Part shown: piece by piece, positions 47,905 to 57,100 of the stretch
Layout of the letters: each line of letters begins with the position of its first letter
How positions within the stretch are numbered: the first letter of the stretch is position 1
DNA from: Vicinamibacteraceae bacterium
GTDB lineage: Bacteria; Planctomycetota; Phycisphaerae; Phycisphaerales; UBA5793
Length of the DNA: 64,000 bases
Assembly: GCA_011525805.1 (NCBI GenBank)
Contig: WYBR01000096.1
Coordinates: 8,969 to 72,968, forward strand
Direction of reading: 5' to 3'
Notes under the pieces: model-generated
What the model was told of the DNA's origin: nothing
What the model saw: only the letters and a program-made list of their open reading frames with translations
The model's database searches: none
Program-made: the position numbers and the translations under genes

Positions 47905-49467
47905 ATGCGACTCACTTCGGCCCGGGCGATTGAATGCGTCACGAAAGCGTGGATGTTCTTGTCCGCGATCGCGCTTCTGCTCGGCGGGGCAGCGCCTTGC
48001 TCCGCTCGCCAGTGTAATGGCTGGGAGGAGATTCTGGCCGCCGGACCAGCCGCCCGATCGCAGTTCTGCATGGTTTACATGGACCGCGCCCGGAAGACCC
48101 TGCTGTTCGGCGGCCAGGGGCGCGAGGGCGAAGTGTGGGTCAAGTACGACGACACATGGACCTGGGACGGCGCTGAATGGACGCAACTTCAGGTTGCGGG
48201 TCCCACGCCGCGCGTCGGCGCCAACATCGCCTACGACCCGCTGCGCGACCGCGTTCTGCTCTACGGCGGGCTGACCTCAGCCGGAAGACCGACCGACACA
48301 TGGGAGTGGGACGGGCAGCGCTGGCGGCTGCTCTCGGAAACCGGGCCGGAGATCGTCGGAGAGCGCTCGATGGCGTTCGACCCCTCGATCGGCAGGATCA
48401 TCCTCTTCGACGGTCGGACGGGACGGCCGTCGAAAACCTGGGTCTGGACCGGCCACATCTGGCTGCTCATCGCCACCAATGGTCCGGCCGTTTCGAGTTA
48501 CGCCCTGGTGACCGATACGGCGCAGGGGCGCATCGTCATGATCACGGACACGTCCTACCGCGAGATCTGGGAGTGGAACGGCAGCGCCTGGCACTGGATT
48601 GCGAAGCACCAGGGTCCGGAACTCTGGTACAAGTTCGATGCGGCCTTTGACGCATCGCGCAGCGCGATCCTCGTCACCGGCGGCGCTTACGATGGAAACT
48701 ACAACGATGAGACGTGGGAGTGGAACGGTCAGGACTGGTCGCTTCTCGCCAAGGAGCCGCGGCTGGCGCGTTACTCTCACCGAATGGTCTATGACGCCTC
48801 GAGAGACCGCCTCGTGCTCTTCGGCGGATACAACGACTTGGGGCGCTTCGCGGACACCTGGGAAGCGGATGCGGACACTTTCCTTTCGATCATCGAGCAG
48901 CCGCGTTCCATTGTCGCGATTCCCGGCCATGACGCGGGGTTTTCGGTTCGCACCGTCGGCTCGGGGCCGATGGCCTATCAGTGGCGCAAGGACGGCGAGG
49001 CGCTGGAGGACGGCGGACGCATCTCCGGCAGCCGAACCGCCGGGCTGCGCATTGAAGACGTCGGTGAATCTGATGTCGGCGCCTACGACGTTCTCGTGCG
49101 GCGCGAGTGCGGCGAGCGCCTCAGCGAGTCAGCCAGTCTGACGCTGCGTGTGATGCCGCTCCTCGAGGTGGGCGGACACTGTCCCGGGCAAGTCGGAGTG
49201 CGGCTGACCCGCGCGCGGCCGAACGGATCGGCCTTGCTGATCTATGGGGGAACTCGACGAGAGTGGTTCCAGTGGATTGAGCCTTGCGGGCCGATGTACC
49301 TTGAGATCGGGCCGCCCGGGGCAGCGCTGATCGGGTTCTTCCGCGTCGATGAATCCGGCTCGGTCAACCTTCGCGGCTACGCCGGACCGGGGCGATGCAG
49401 TGGCTACCTGCAGTTTGTCGATCTTCGCCAGTGCCTGCTTTCAAACGTGGTGGAAGTGCCTGACTGA
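47905..49467 (+). CDS. Secreted Kelch-like beta-propeller + Ig domain + C-terminal domain protein
   Basis: Signal peptide; repeats LFGG...DTWEWDG..W; YQWRKDG...D.G.Y Ig motif. Confidence 0.88.
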   Translation: MRLTSARAIECVTKAWMFLSAIALLLGGAAPCSARQCNGWEEILAAGPAARSQFCMVYMDRARKTLLFGGQGREGEVWVKYDDTWTWDGAEWTQLQVAGPTPRVGANIAYDPLRDRVLLYGGLTSAGRPTDTWEWDGQRWRLLSETGPEIVGERSMAFDPSIGRIILFDGRTGRPSKTWVWTGHIWLLIATNGPAVSSYALVTDTAQGRIVMITDTSYREIWEWNGSAWHWIAKHQGPELWYKFDAAFDASRSAILVTGGAYDGNYNDETWEWNGQDWSLLAKEPRLARYSHRMVYDASRDRLVLFGGYNDLGRFADTWEADADTFLSIIEQPRSIVAIPGHDAGFSVRTVGSGPMAYQWRKDGEALEDGGRISGSRTAGLRIEDVGESDVGAYDVLVRRECGERLSESASLTLRVMPLLEVGGHCPGQVGVRLTRARPNGSALLIYGGTRREWFQWIEPCGPMYLEIGPPGAALIGFFRVDESGSVNLRGYAGPGRCSGYLQFVDLRQCLLSNVVEVPD

Positions 49468-49528
49468 CGCCCGGGAGACGCGGTCGGGGCCTTTCCCGCG
49501 ATGTGATCGAAGAGTGAATCTTCGCTCG

Positions 49529-49682
49529 ATGCACCCCACGATTCGCGGGGCCTCATCGTGAGATGCGCCCCACGATTCGCTCGAAGCCTCGCTCATCGTG
49601 AAACGCACCCCACGATTCGCTCGAAGACTCGCTCATCGTGAAACGCACCCCACGATTCGCTCGAAGACTCGCTCATCGTGGG
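49529..49682. repeat. 40-bp tandem repeat x~4 of a palindromic unit
   Basis: GCACCCCACGATTCGCTCGAAGACTCGCTCATCGTGAAAC; first copy shortened; no unique spacers. Confidence 0.9.
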
Positions 49683-49690
49683 CGTGGGCA

Positions 49691-51217
49691 TTATCCGAAT
49701 CCATCGATCCACCAGGTGAGGGCCAGCGACGCGATAAGCGCGGCGGCCGCGAGGGCCTTGAGGACCCGCATCTGCCGGTCGATGGGCACGTCATTGCAGC
49801 GCCGTCCGATCAGAGTGCGCAGGTAGTCCTGCCGCCAGCGGATCGAGCCGTGGCGCCAACTCCTGCGTGTGATGGGGATGTGGTTGAGTTCGGCGACGAC
49901 CTGGAGAGCGTCGCTCATGGCCTCGGCCGCTTCGGCGGTGATGACGCGCTCGCGGCCGTCGTCGCGCGTCATGCCGCTGAGGTGTTGAACGGCGAAGGTG
50001 TCCGCCTGCCGCTCGAAGCGCCGGCTGGTGAAGCCGAAGACTCCCAGCGAGATGAGCACGGTCGTGACGAGGCCCACCGGTTCGAGCCAGTCGCCTTTCG
50101 CGCCGGCGTCGAGCGGCGAAAGCGGAGACTGGCGCGACCGCGGCGCCGGCTCGATCCGCGCGTTGCGGGCCGAGATGACCTCGACGCGCGAGGGGCGCGG
50201 GTTGGCGACGGCATCGACGCCGCGCACCGCCAGCGTCGTCAGCAGCGTGACGGAGGAGAGGATCGCGAGCAGGCAGACCGCCAGCCAGGGCAGGTGGTGC
50301 CGCCGCGCGTGGCCGATCTCGTGCGCCATGACCGCCTCGACCTGGCGCGTGGTCATGGCGTCGAGAAGCGCATCGGTCAGCAGGACGTAGCGCAGGCGGC
50401 CGAGAAGGCCCATCACCGCGCCGTTGATCATCCCGCCGTGCGTGTTCCAGACGAGCAGCCGCCGCACGCGCACGCCGTGCCGGGCGCAGAGTTGTTCGAG
50501 CCGGTCGCGCAGTTCGCCTTCGCTCAGCGGCTGCGTGTCCCAGATGCGGGTCATGAAGGTCGGCGCAAAGAGGAAGATGGCCGCGACGCCCAGTCCGAGC
50601 GCGGCGTGCCGCCACCACGGCGCGACCTCCTCGCTGACAGAATGCCGCCAGAAGAAGTCGATCCCCTCGGCCCAGCCCATGATGAGCATCGCGGGCAGCA
50701 GAACGAGGCCGAAGTGCAGCCGCGACTGGGAAACGACGTACTCGCGCCGCGTCCAGATCGGGTAAATCGTGCGGCCGGCGTCGAGGTGGCGGATCAGCGA
50801 CGCCTCGCGCAGCCGCCGGTTGATGGGGTAGTACGCCCACCAGGCGCCGAGGAGGATCGCCAATGGAGGGAGCATCGCGATCGCTTCGTCGACGATCACC
50901 CAGTCGCCCAGTTTCGTTCGGATGGCGCCGTGAAGGTCGAGAGCGGCGATGTTGAAAGCGTGCAGCGCGAGCGAGAGCCACATCCCGGCGGTCATGAAGC
51001 GGTCGGCCAGAAGGGCGGCCCGCCACGAGCCGCGCCGGTCCATGCGCCGGCGGCACAGGCGCATCGCGGCGAGAACCAACCCGATCAGCGCGACCGGCCC
51101 GAGCAGGGCGGCGAGGAGGCGCTCGTTGAGCGTGAGGTCGATCGGCCAGGGCCACCAACGGGCGGCGTCCTCCGAGAGATACACCAGCGCGACGATGAGA
51201 AGCGTGACGATCTGCAC
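49691..51217 (-). CDS. M48 family (Ste24/HtpX-like) membrane metallopeptidase
   Basis: INGAVMG, LLTDALL, VMAHEIGH, SRRFERQAD; probable GTG start at 51217. Confidence 0.9.
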   Translation of the reverse strand: MQIVTLLIVALVYLSEDAARWWPWPIDLTLNERLLAALLGPVALIGLVLAAMRLCRRRMDRRGSWRAALLADRFMTAGMWLSLALHAFNIAALDLHGAIRTKLGDWVIVDEAIAMLPPLAILLGAWWAYYPINRRLREASLIRHLDAGRTIYPIWTRREYVVSQSRLHFGLVLLPAMLIMGWAEGIDFFWRHSVSEEVAPWWRHAALGLGVAAIFLFAPTFMTRIWDTQPLSEGELRDRLEQLCARHGVRVRRLLVWNTHGGMINGAVMGLLGRLRYVLLTDALLDAMTTRQVEAVMAHEIGHARRHHLPWLAVCLLAILSSVTLLTTLAVRGVDAVANPRPSRVEVISARNARIEPAPRSRQSPLSPLDAGAKGDWLEPVGLVTTVLISLGVFGFTSRRFERQADTFAVQHLSGMTRDDGRERVITAEAAEAMSDALQVVAELNHIPITRRSWRHGSIRWRQDYLRTLIGRRCNDVPIDRQMRVLKALAAAALIASLALTWWIDGFG

Positions 51218-51246
51218 CGGGGCGGGCCTTCCTGAAGGGCGAGCGG

Positions 51247-52311
51247 CTACTCGTGATTCAGGCGCGCGAGCAGTTCCTCCGCCGCCGTCGTCAGCCACTT
51301 GACCTTGCGATCGACGACGTCGAGAAACTCCAGCCCGCTCCATCGGCCGAAGCGGCCAGTCTGCGCGATCACGGGAAACGCCTCGGCGATGAGCGCTTCG
51401 GCCATGAGCGGCGCCAGCGCCTGCACCTCCGTCACGCTGAGCATGAGCGAGGGGTCGTGCGCGTCGTACCCGCTCAGAAACGCCAGGAGGATCGACTCGT
51501 TGAGTCCGTCCGGATGGCTGAAGGGGTCGTCCGACGTGACCTTCATCGCGAACTGGAGCGCGCCGTTGGCGACGTCGGCGATGCGCGGCTCGAGGCGGAC
51601 GGTGTCGAAGTCGAAAACCCCCGCGACGTGGCCGTGCTCGCTGAAGAGCAGATTGCCCGGATGCCAGTCGCCGTGGACGACGAAGCGCGGCCACTGCGCG
51701 TACCCCATGAGGTCGGTGCGCTGCACGAGTTGGTCGTAGGCGTGGAAGAGGCGCTTGACGATCTCCGACGCGGCCTTGCGGTCTTCGTCGCGGCCGGTGA
51801 CGATGCGGATCGCCCGCGGAATGTGGTCGGCGATGCCCGCGAGATCGGGGCGGCGGTGGAAGGGCGTCGAGGTGGAAAGGGCCGGCACCTCCATCCCGCT
51901 CAGCGCCGCGTGCAGCCAGGCGAGGGTGCGGCCCGCCTCGCGCGCCTGCTCGCTGCTGCGGTCGAAGGAACTGCCTCGGATGAGGCGGGTGAGTTCGTAG
52001 ATGCGCTCGTTGCCCTGGTAGAGGGAGCGATTGCCCTCGCGCGTGCCCAGGAGCGGCGCCACGGGGAACTGCGCCTCTTCGAGGCGCAACTGGACCTCGT
52101 GGGCAAAGGCGACCTGCTCGACCGTGGCCAGCGCCTCGGATCGCTCCTTGAGGACGAAGTCGCCCCGGCGGGCGCGGATGACCCACTTGCGCGAGCGGCG
52201 CGAGCCGATCACCGCCTCGACGATCGTCTGGATCGGGCCGACGTCGTACTGGCTGCACGCGATCGCCAGGGCGGCGTCGTTGCGAATGTCCTGTGCGGTG
52301 CTCTCGGCCAT
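51247..52311 (-). CDS. APH/type II homoserine kinase-family phosphotransferase
   Basis: FVLK, VHGDWHPGNLLF, VFDFD. Confidence 0.85.
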   Translation of the reverse strand: MAESTAQDIRNDAALAIACSQYDVGPIQTIVEAVIGSRRSRKWVIRARRGDFVLKERSEALATVEQVAFAHEVQLRLEEAQFPVAPLLGTREGNRSLYQGNERIYELTRLIRGSSFDRSSEQAREAGRTLAWLHAALSGMEVPALSTSTPFHRRPDLAGIADHIPRAIRIVTGRDEDRKAASEIVKRLFHAYDQLVQRTDLMGYAQWPRFVVHGDWHPGNLLFSEHGHVAGVFDFDTVRLEPRIADVANGALQFAMKVTSDDPFSHPDGLNESILLAFLSGYDAHDPSLMLSVTEVQALAPLMAEALIAEAFPVIAQTGRFGRWSGLEFLDVVDRKVKWLTTAAEELLARLNHE

Positions 52312-52326
52312 CGCGCTCCCCGGCGG

Positions 52327-53217
52327 TTATTCGACGTTCTGCACCTGCTCCTTGATGCGATCGATGGCGCCCTTGATCTCGACGATGTCCCGGCTGATCT
52401 GCGCATCGTTGGACTTGCTGGCGATCGTATTCGCCTCGCGGAGCAGTTCCTGCGCGAGGAAGTCTAGGGTGCGGCCGACCGGCTCGCAGCCGTCTCCGTC
52501 GACCAGGTCGCGGAACTGGCAGAGGTGCGCCTTGAGCCGCGTGATCTCCTCGGCGATGTCGCTGCGCTCGGCGTAGATCGCCACCTCGCGCACGAGGTCG
52601 GCCTCGTTGACGTGAATGTTCGCGTCCTTGAGCATCGATTCGATGCGCGCCCGCAGCCGATGGTGGTACTCCTCGACGACCGTCTGCGTGCGGCCGGCGA
52701 TGCGCTCGAGGCGGGCGCCGATCGACTCGTACTGCCGATGCAGATCCTCGAGGAGCATCGCCCCCTCGCGGTCGCGCATCTCGATGAGCCGGTCGCACGC
52801 GGAGTCGAGCAGGTCATAGATGACGGGCTTGGCCTTCTCGATGCGCGACTCGAAGTCGGAAGGCGGCTGGAGCACGCCGGGAAGTTGGATCAGGCCCGCC
52901 ACGTCGATGGGAACGGGATGCCCGACTTCGTGGGGCAACTGCCCGAGGCGCTCGATGTAGGACTGGAGCGCCTCGATGTTGATCCGGTACGCGGCCCGGG
53001 CCGTCGGATCGGAAAGACGCGCCTTGAGCGTGATCGAGCCGCGCGTCAGCCGGCGGCGCAGGCGGGAGTCGATCTCCGCCTCGAGTCCCTCGAGTTCCTC
53101 GGGAAGGCGAATCGACGCCTTGTAGAACTTGTTGTTGATCGACCGGACCTCGACGGCATAGTGCACGCCCTGGACATCCGTCGTCGCCTCGCCGAAACCG
53201 GTCATCGATCGAATCAC
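52327..53217 (-). CDS. yicC: YicC/YloC family endoribonuclease
   Basis: MIRSMTGFG, EVRSIN, DIAEEITRL, GRTLDFLAQELLREANTIASKS, KEQVQNVE. Confidence 0.95.
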   Translation of the reverse strand: MIRSMTGFGEATTDVQGVHYAVEVRSINNKFYKASIRLPEELEGLEAEIDSRLRRRLTRGSITLKARLSDPTARAAYRINIEALQSYIERLGQLPHEVGHPVPIDVAGLIQLPGVLQPPSDFESRIEKAKPVIYDLLDSACDRLIEMRDREGAMLLEDLHRQYESIGARLERIAGRTQTVVEEYHHRLRARIESMLKDANIHVNEADLVREVAIYAERSDIAEEITRLKAHLCQFRDLVDGDGCEPVGRTLDFLAQELLREANTIASKSNDAQISRDIVEIKGAIDRIKEQVQNVE

Positions 53218-53241
53218 GTGCTTCGAGTCCTCATGGGCGAT

Positions 53242-53847
53242 TCAACCGCCCTCGCCGCCCGTCGCAGGCTGGTCGTCGGCGGGCTGGTCCTCCGCCGGCG
53301 GCGCCGCCGGGAGAGTGACCGGAATGGCGTCGGTCGGTTCGGAGTCGCCCAGCGTGTTCCGCGCAAGCACGCGGTAGAAGAAGGTCGATTCGGGCGTCAG
53401 GTCCGAGTGCGTGAAGGTCGTCACGTTCTCATCGACGAACATGACCTCCGACCAGCCCGTCAGACCGTCGGCCGAGCGCTGGATGGCGAAGCCGCTTTCG
53501 TTGCGTGAGTTGTCGCTCCACGTGAGGATGATCTCCGTCGGCGAGACGACCTTGACGGCCAGACGCGAGGGGGCGTCCGGCTCGGCCGGAGCGGCGCTGA
53601 GGAAGAGCGACTGGTTCAGCCACACCATGCCCATCGACGTCAGGAGGAAGAGAACGAAGATGGCGACGGTGGCGTAGGTGAGCATGTCGCCGGTCTTGGC
53701 TCCGAAGGCCGACTGGCTGCTGGCGCCCGCCCCCCCGAAGGCCCCGGCCAGTCCGCCGCCCTGCGGCCGCTGAACCAGGATCACCAGAATCAGCGCCACG
53801 GCGACGATGATGAACAGGAGCGAAAGCAGAATGGAGAGAATCGCCAT
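53242..53847 (-). CDS. secG: Preprotein translocase subunit SecG fused to a C-terminal fibronectin type III domain
   Basis: ILVQRPQGGGLAGAFGG...AFGAKTGDMLT (SecG), then APSRL...LTWSDNS.NESGF.IQRS...DLTPESTFFYRVLARN (FN3). Confidence 0.92.
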   Translation of the reverse strand: MAILSILLSLLFIIVAVALILVILVQRPQGGGLAGAFGGAGASSQSAFGAKTGDMLTYATVAIFVLFLLTSMGMVWLNQSLFLSAAPAEPDAPSRLAVKVVSPTEIILTWSDNSRNESGFAIQRSADGLTGWSEVMFVDENVTTFTHSDLTPESTFFYRVLARNTLGDSEPTDAIPVTLPAAPPAEDQPADDQPATGGEGG

Positions 53848-53927
53848 GATGAGTGGTACCTTGAATGGCCGGGACGACCACCCGAACGCAGTGGCAGTGC
53901 CCGGCAAGCGGCCGCCGGGATGACCGG

Positions 53928-54698
53928 TCACCCCGCGTGGGCGGCGGCCTGAACAATAGCGCCGAAATCGTCGGCGTTGAGGGAGGCTCCCCCGATTAGT
54001 CCGCCATCGATGTCCGGCATTCTCATCAAACCTGCCGCATTGCCGGGTTTCATCGATCCGCCGTACTGAATCCGGGCGCCGCCGGCGGTGGCGGAGTCGA
54101 AAAGGCGTCCGAGCGTCCCCCGGATCGCCGCGTGCGCCGCCTGGGCATCCTCCGGCGTGGCCGTCAGGCCCGTGCCGATCGCCCAGACCGGCTCGTAGGC
54201 GATCACGACGCGGCGCATCTGCTCCCGGGTCACCCCGTGCAGGCCCGAGGTCAGTTGCTGCTGGTTCACCGCGTCGGTCTGCCCCGCCTCGCGCTGGCCG
54301 CGCGTCTCGCCGACGCAGAGGATCACGTTCAGCCCCGCGCCCAGCGCGGCGAGGACCTTGCGGTTGACGAGATCATCCCCCTCGCCGATGACGTGCCGCC
54401 GCTCGCTGTGGCCGATCAGCGTCCACGCGCAGCCGCAGTCGCGGAGCATGCTCGCGCTGACCTCGCCGGTAAATGCTCCGTCTGGTTCGCAGTGTACGTC
54501 CTGGGCGCCGAGAGCGAGACGCGAACCCTCGATGGCCTTGCCCACTTCAAGCAGGTAGGGGAAGGGGGGAAAGAGAACGACTTCGATTCCGCCGAGGCCG
54601 CCCACGGCCGAGGAGACGGCGCGGGCGAGCGCGACCGCGGAGGCGCGGTTGGTGTTCATCTTCCAGTTGCCGCCGACGATCGGGATGCGTGTCGCCAC
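53928..54698 (-). CDS. tpiA: Triosephosphate isomerase
   Basis: GNWKMN, IGHSERR, AYEPVWAIGTG, YGGS, LIGGASL. Confidence 0.98.
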   Translation of the reverse strand: MATRIPIVGGNWKMNTNRASAVALARAVSSAVGGLGGIEVVLFPPFPYLLEVGKAIEGSRLALGAQDVHCEPDGAFTGEVSASMLRDCGCAWTLIGHSERRHVIGEGDDLVNRKVLAALGAGLNVILCVGETRGQREAGQTDAVNQQQLTSGLHGVTREQMRRVVIAYEPVWAIGTGLTATPEDAQAAHAAIRGTLGRLFDSATAGGARIQYGGSMKPGNAAGLMRMPDIDGGLIGGASLNADDFGAIVQAAAHAG

Positions 54699-54985
54699 CC
54701 TTGGCCTCCCTCATGAGGTGATCCGCTGGACACGATGCCCCGCCAGCGGCGCCGAGCCGCGCGGGACCGCGATTGTACGCGGTTGGGCCGGAGCCTTCAC
54801 ACGCCGCGACGACCCGTGGAAGCGTGCGCCGCGGAACGGGAATACGACCGCGGCGACGCGGCCCGGATCACGACCGGCGCTGCGGCCCGCCGCCTCTGAG
54901 CAGGCGGCGCAGATTGAACTCCGGCACAACGGTTCCCCGAGACCGCCTCAACCCGCCATGTGTTTGCGCCGATCGCGTTTGATCG

Positions 54986-55924
54986 ATGCGCCGCGATTCC
55001 CTCGACGAATCCCGATTCTCGGACCATGCGTCCGATGAAGCCGTCGACTTCCGATCCGACGTGCCCGCGCCGGTCCTGCCCTTGGAGGGCAATGAATCCA
55101 GCCAACGCGACCTGGGGGCGCCGGTCGAGCCGGACGAAATCGACGGCGTCGGCGCCGACCCCATCCGGCTCGCCGGGGCGAGCGCCGCGCTGGGAAGTTG
55201 CTTCGGCGTGATGATCGCAGCCCTCGTGCTGGGGTCCGCGGCGGCGGTCTCTGGTCCGCGTGCACTGCAGGCACAAGAAGCCCCGCCGGCGAGGTCGACC
55301 GACTCGACCGCGATCCCCGGCGTCATCGAGGCGTCGGCGCCCCTCTCGGCGATGGCCGCCGAATCGGCGGCGATGCCGCCCGAAGATGCGGCCGCTCTGG
55401 CGGCGCTGGAGCGGGACGTGTTCGCGGCGCGGGCGCGCGTTGAATCGGCGCGGGCGCGACTGTCGTTGTCGCGCAGCGCGATGCACAGCGACCTGGTCAG
55501 TCGGGCGGACGCGTCGCGGCGCCGCGCCGCGGCCGAAGCCGAACACGCGGCCGCAAATCCTTCGCTGGTCGCGGCGGCGCTGGAGCGAGGCTCCCAACGC
55601 CGTGCGCTCGAACAACTCGCCCGGGACCGCGCCGCCATCGAGGCGCTTGAGAAACAAGCCGCGGAGGATCTGGCGCGACTTGAAGCCGAGGTCGAGCGGG
55701 CCCAAGCAGCGCTCGCCCGGTGGCGCGAAGGCCGCTCCCCCGACGCGCTCGCGGACAAGGAAACGCCGGACCCGCTCGCCGGCGATCTCAGCGCCGCGCG
55801 CTCGCCGGCCGGTCGGCCCGGCGCCGAGGGCGCGATCGACCTCTTCCCCCTCATCGCGCGCCACCGCGCACGGCTCATGAGCGCCGCCGCCGAGAGCCCG
55901 GCGGACGCCGCCGCAAGTCCGTGA
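54986..55924 (+). CDS. Hypothetical membrane-anchored coiled-coil protein
   Basis: Hydrophobic segment, then Ala/Glu/Arg heptad-rich region; start uncertain. Confidence 0.5.
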   Translation: MRRDSLDESRFSDHASDEAVDFRSDVPAPVLPLEGNESSQRDLGAPVEPDEIDGVGADPIRLAGASAALGSCFGVMIAALVLGSAAAVSGPRALQAQEAPPARSTDSTAIPGVIEASAPLSAMAAESAAMPPEDAAALAALERDVFAARARVESARARLSLSRSAMHSDLVSRADASRRRAAAEAEHAAANPSLVAAALERGSQRRALEQLARDRAAIEALEKQAAEDLARLEAEVERAQAALARWREGRSPDALADKETPDPLAGDLSAARSPAGRPGAEGAIDLFPLIARHRARLMSAAAESPADAAASP

Positions 55925-56048
55925 CCGTCCGCTGGTCGGAGTTGACTCCATTCCCGAGGTGATGTTCGTCCCGCTGGCCGCGGACCGTGGCGGCTGGGGC
56001 GCGGCTACGATTCCCCGCAGCCGCGAACGTGGCGGCGGGAGCAGGAGC

Positions 56049-57005
56049 ATGAACGGGTCCATCGGGATCGTGTTGCTGGCGTTTTCGACCGTCGTTCAGG
56101 GCGCGGCGGTCCCCTTTCGGGCCGCGCCCGCGGCGGCCGACCTCCAGCGCCCGTCGGGACCGAGCCTGAGCGAATACGCCTCCCAGTTGAACGACCCACG
56201 GCTGGACGTGCGCGAGCGAGTCAGCCAGCGGCTGGAGGCGGACGCTTCGATCGGCGGCCCGGACATCGAAGCGTTCGTGAAGGAGCGCTGGGAGGAACTC
56301 GCCCCCGAGTCGATCGAGCGCCTGCTGATGGCGGCGCAGTCGCGGTTCGTGGCGCGGCCCGGGGCGATCGGCATCGAGTTCGAGCAGGGGGCGGCGATCG
56401 TCATGAACGTCAGGCCCGAAGCCCCGGCGGCGCGCGTCCTGCGACCGGGCGACCGCTTCATCAGCATGAACGGCGTGAGGCTGCCCGAGGATCGTTTCGA
56501 CCAGCAGGCCGAACTTCGGCGAATCATGTCTTCGCTCCGCGCCGGCGACATCGTCAGCGCCCGCATCCGCCGGGGCCGCGACGAGATCGATGTGACCTTT
56601 GCCCTGGCCGACCCGACCCAACTGCGCGAGTTCGAGGGGTACCTCGTCGAAGTGAGGCGGGAGATGCTCGCGCTCTGGAACGCGCGTCGGCGCGAGAGCT
56701 TTCCCCCGGCCGTGAAACTGGCCATCGACCTCGGCGTCGAGCCGGTGGACGTCTCCGACCGCGACGGGGCGTCGTCGCTTGCGCCGGAAGAGCGCCGCGG
56801 GCTGATCGTCGAGGAACTTCGCCGGCGCATCACCGATGTTTCGGAGCGGATTGCGCTCCTGGCGGAGCGGACGCAGGAGTCGGCCGACGCCGGGCGGCGC
56901 GGTGAACTCGAGCGGGAGTACCTGGCGCTGCGAGACGAACTTTTCGGTCTGAACGCCCGGCTGCGGCTGGTGGAGTCGAGTGCGCCCGGCCGGGCGAGGC
57001 GCTGA
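56049..57005 (+). CDS. Exported PDZ-domain protein
   Basis: AGGAG SD, signal peptide, GAIGI...PAARVLRPGDRFISMNG. Confidence 0.75.
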   Translation: MNGSIGIVLLAFSTVVQGAAVPFRAAPAAADLQRPSGPSLSEYASQLNDPRLDVRERVSQRLEADASIGGPDIEAFVKERWEELAPESIERLLMAAQSRFVARPGAIGIEFEQGAAIVMNVRPEAPAARVLRPGDRFISMNGVRLPEDRFDQQAELRRIMSSLRAGDIVSARIRRGRDEIDVTFALADPTQLREFEGYLVEVRREMLALWNARRRESFPPAVKLAIDLGVEPVDVSDRDGASSLAPEERRGLIVEELRRRITDVSERIALLAERTQESADAGRRGELEREYLALRDELFGLNARLRLVESSAPGRARR

Positions 57006-57100
57006 GTCGCGGCGCCTTGCCGCGCGGCCGGCAGCGCGGCTTGTTCGCGCGTTCGCGCCCCGCTAGCCTACGTCGCACGAATCAGGAGAAGTCGCGGGCG

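Noticed and set aside
49529-49682. Possible CRISPR array
   Set aside because: Units are directly tandem with no unique spacers, and no cas genes are in the window
51247-52311. Aminoglycoside resistance gene
   Set aside because: Only the general APH/kinase fold motifs are visible, and the context is housekeeping
51218-52798. Long N-terminal extension of the M48 peptidase (1035-aa track ORF)
   Set aside because: The extension is an alternate frame of the kinase and yicC genes; the real start is probably GTG at 51217
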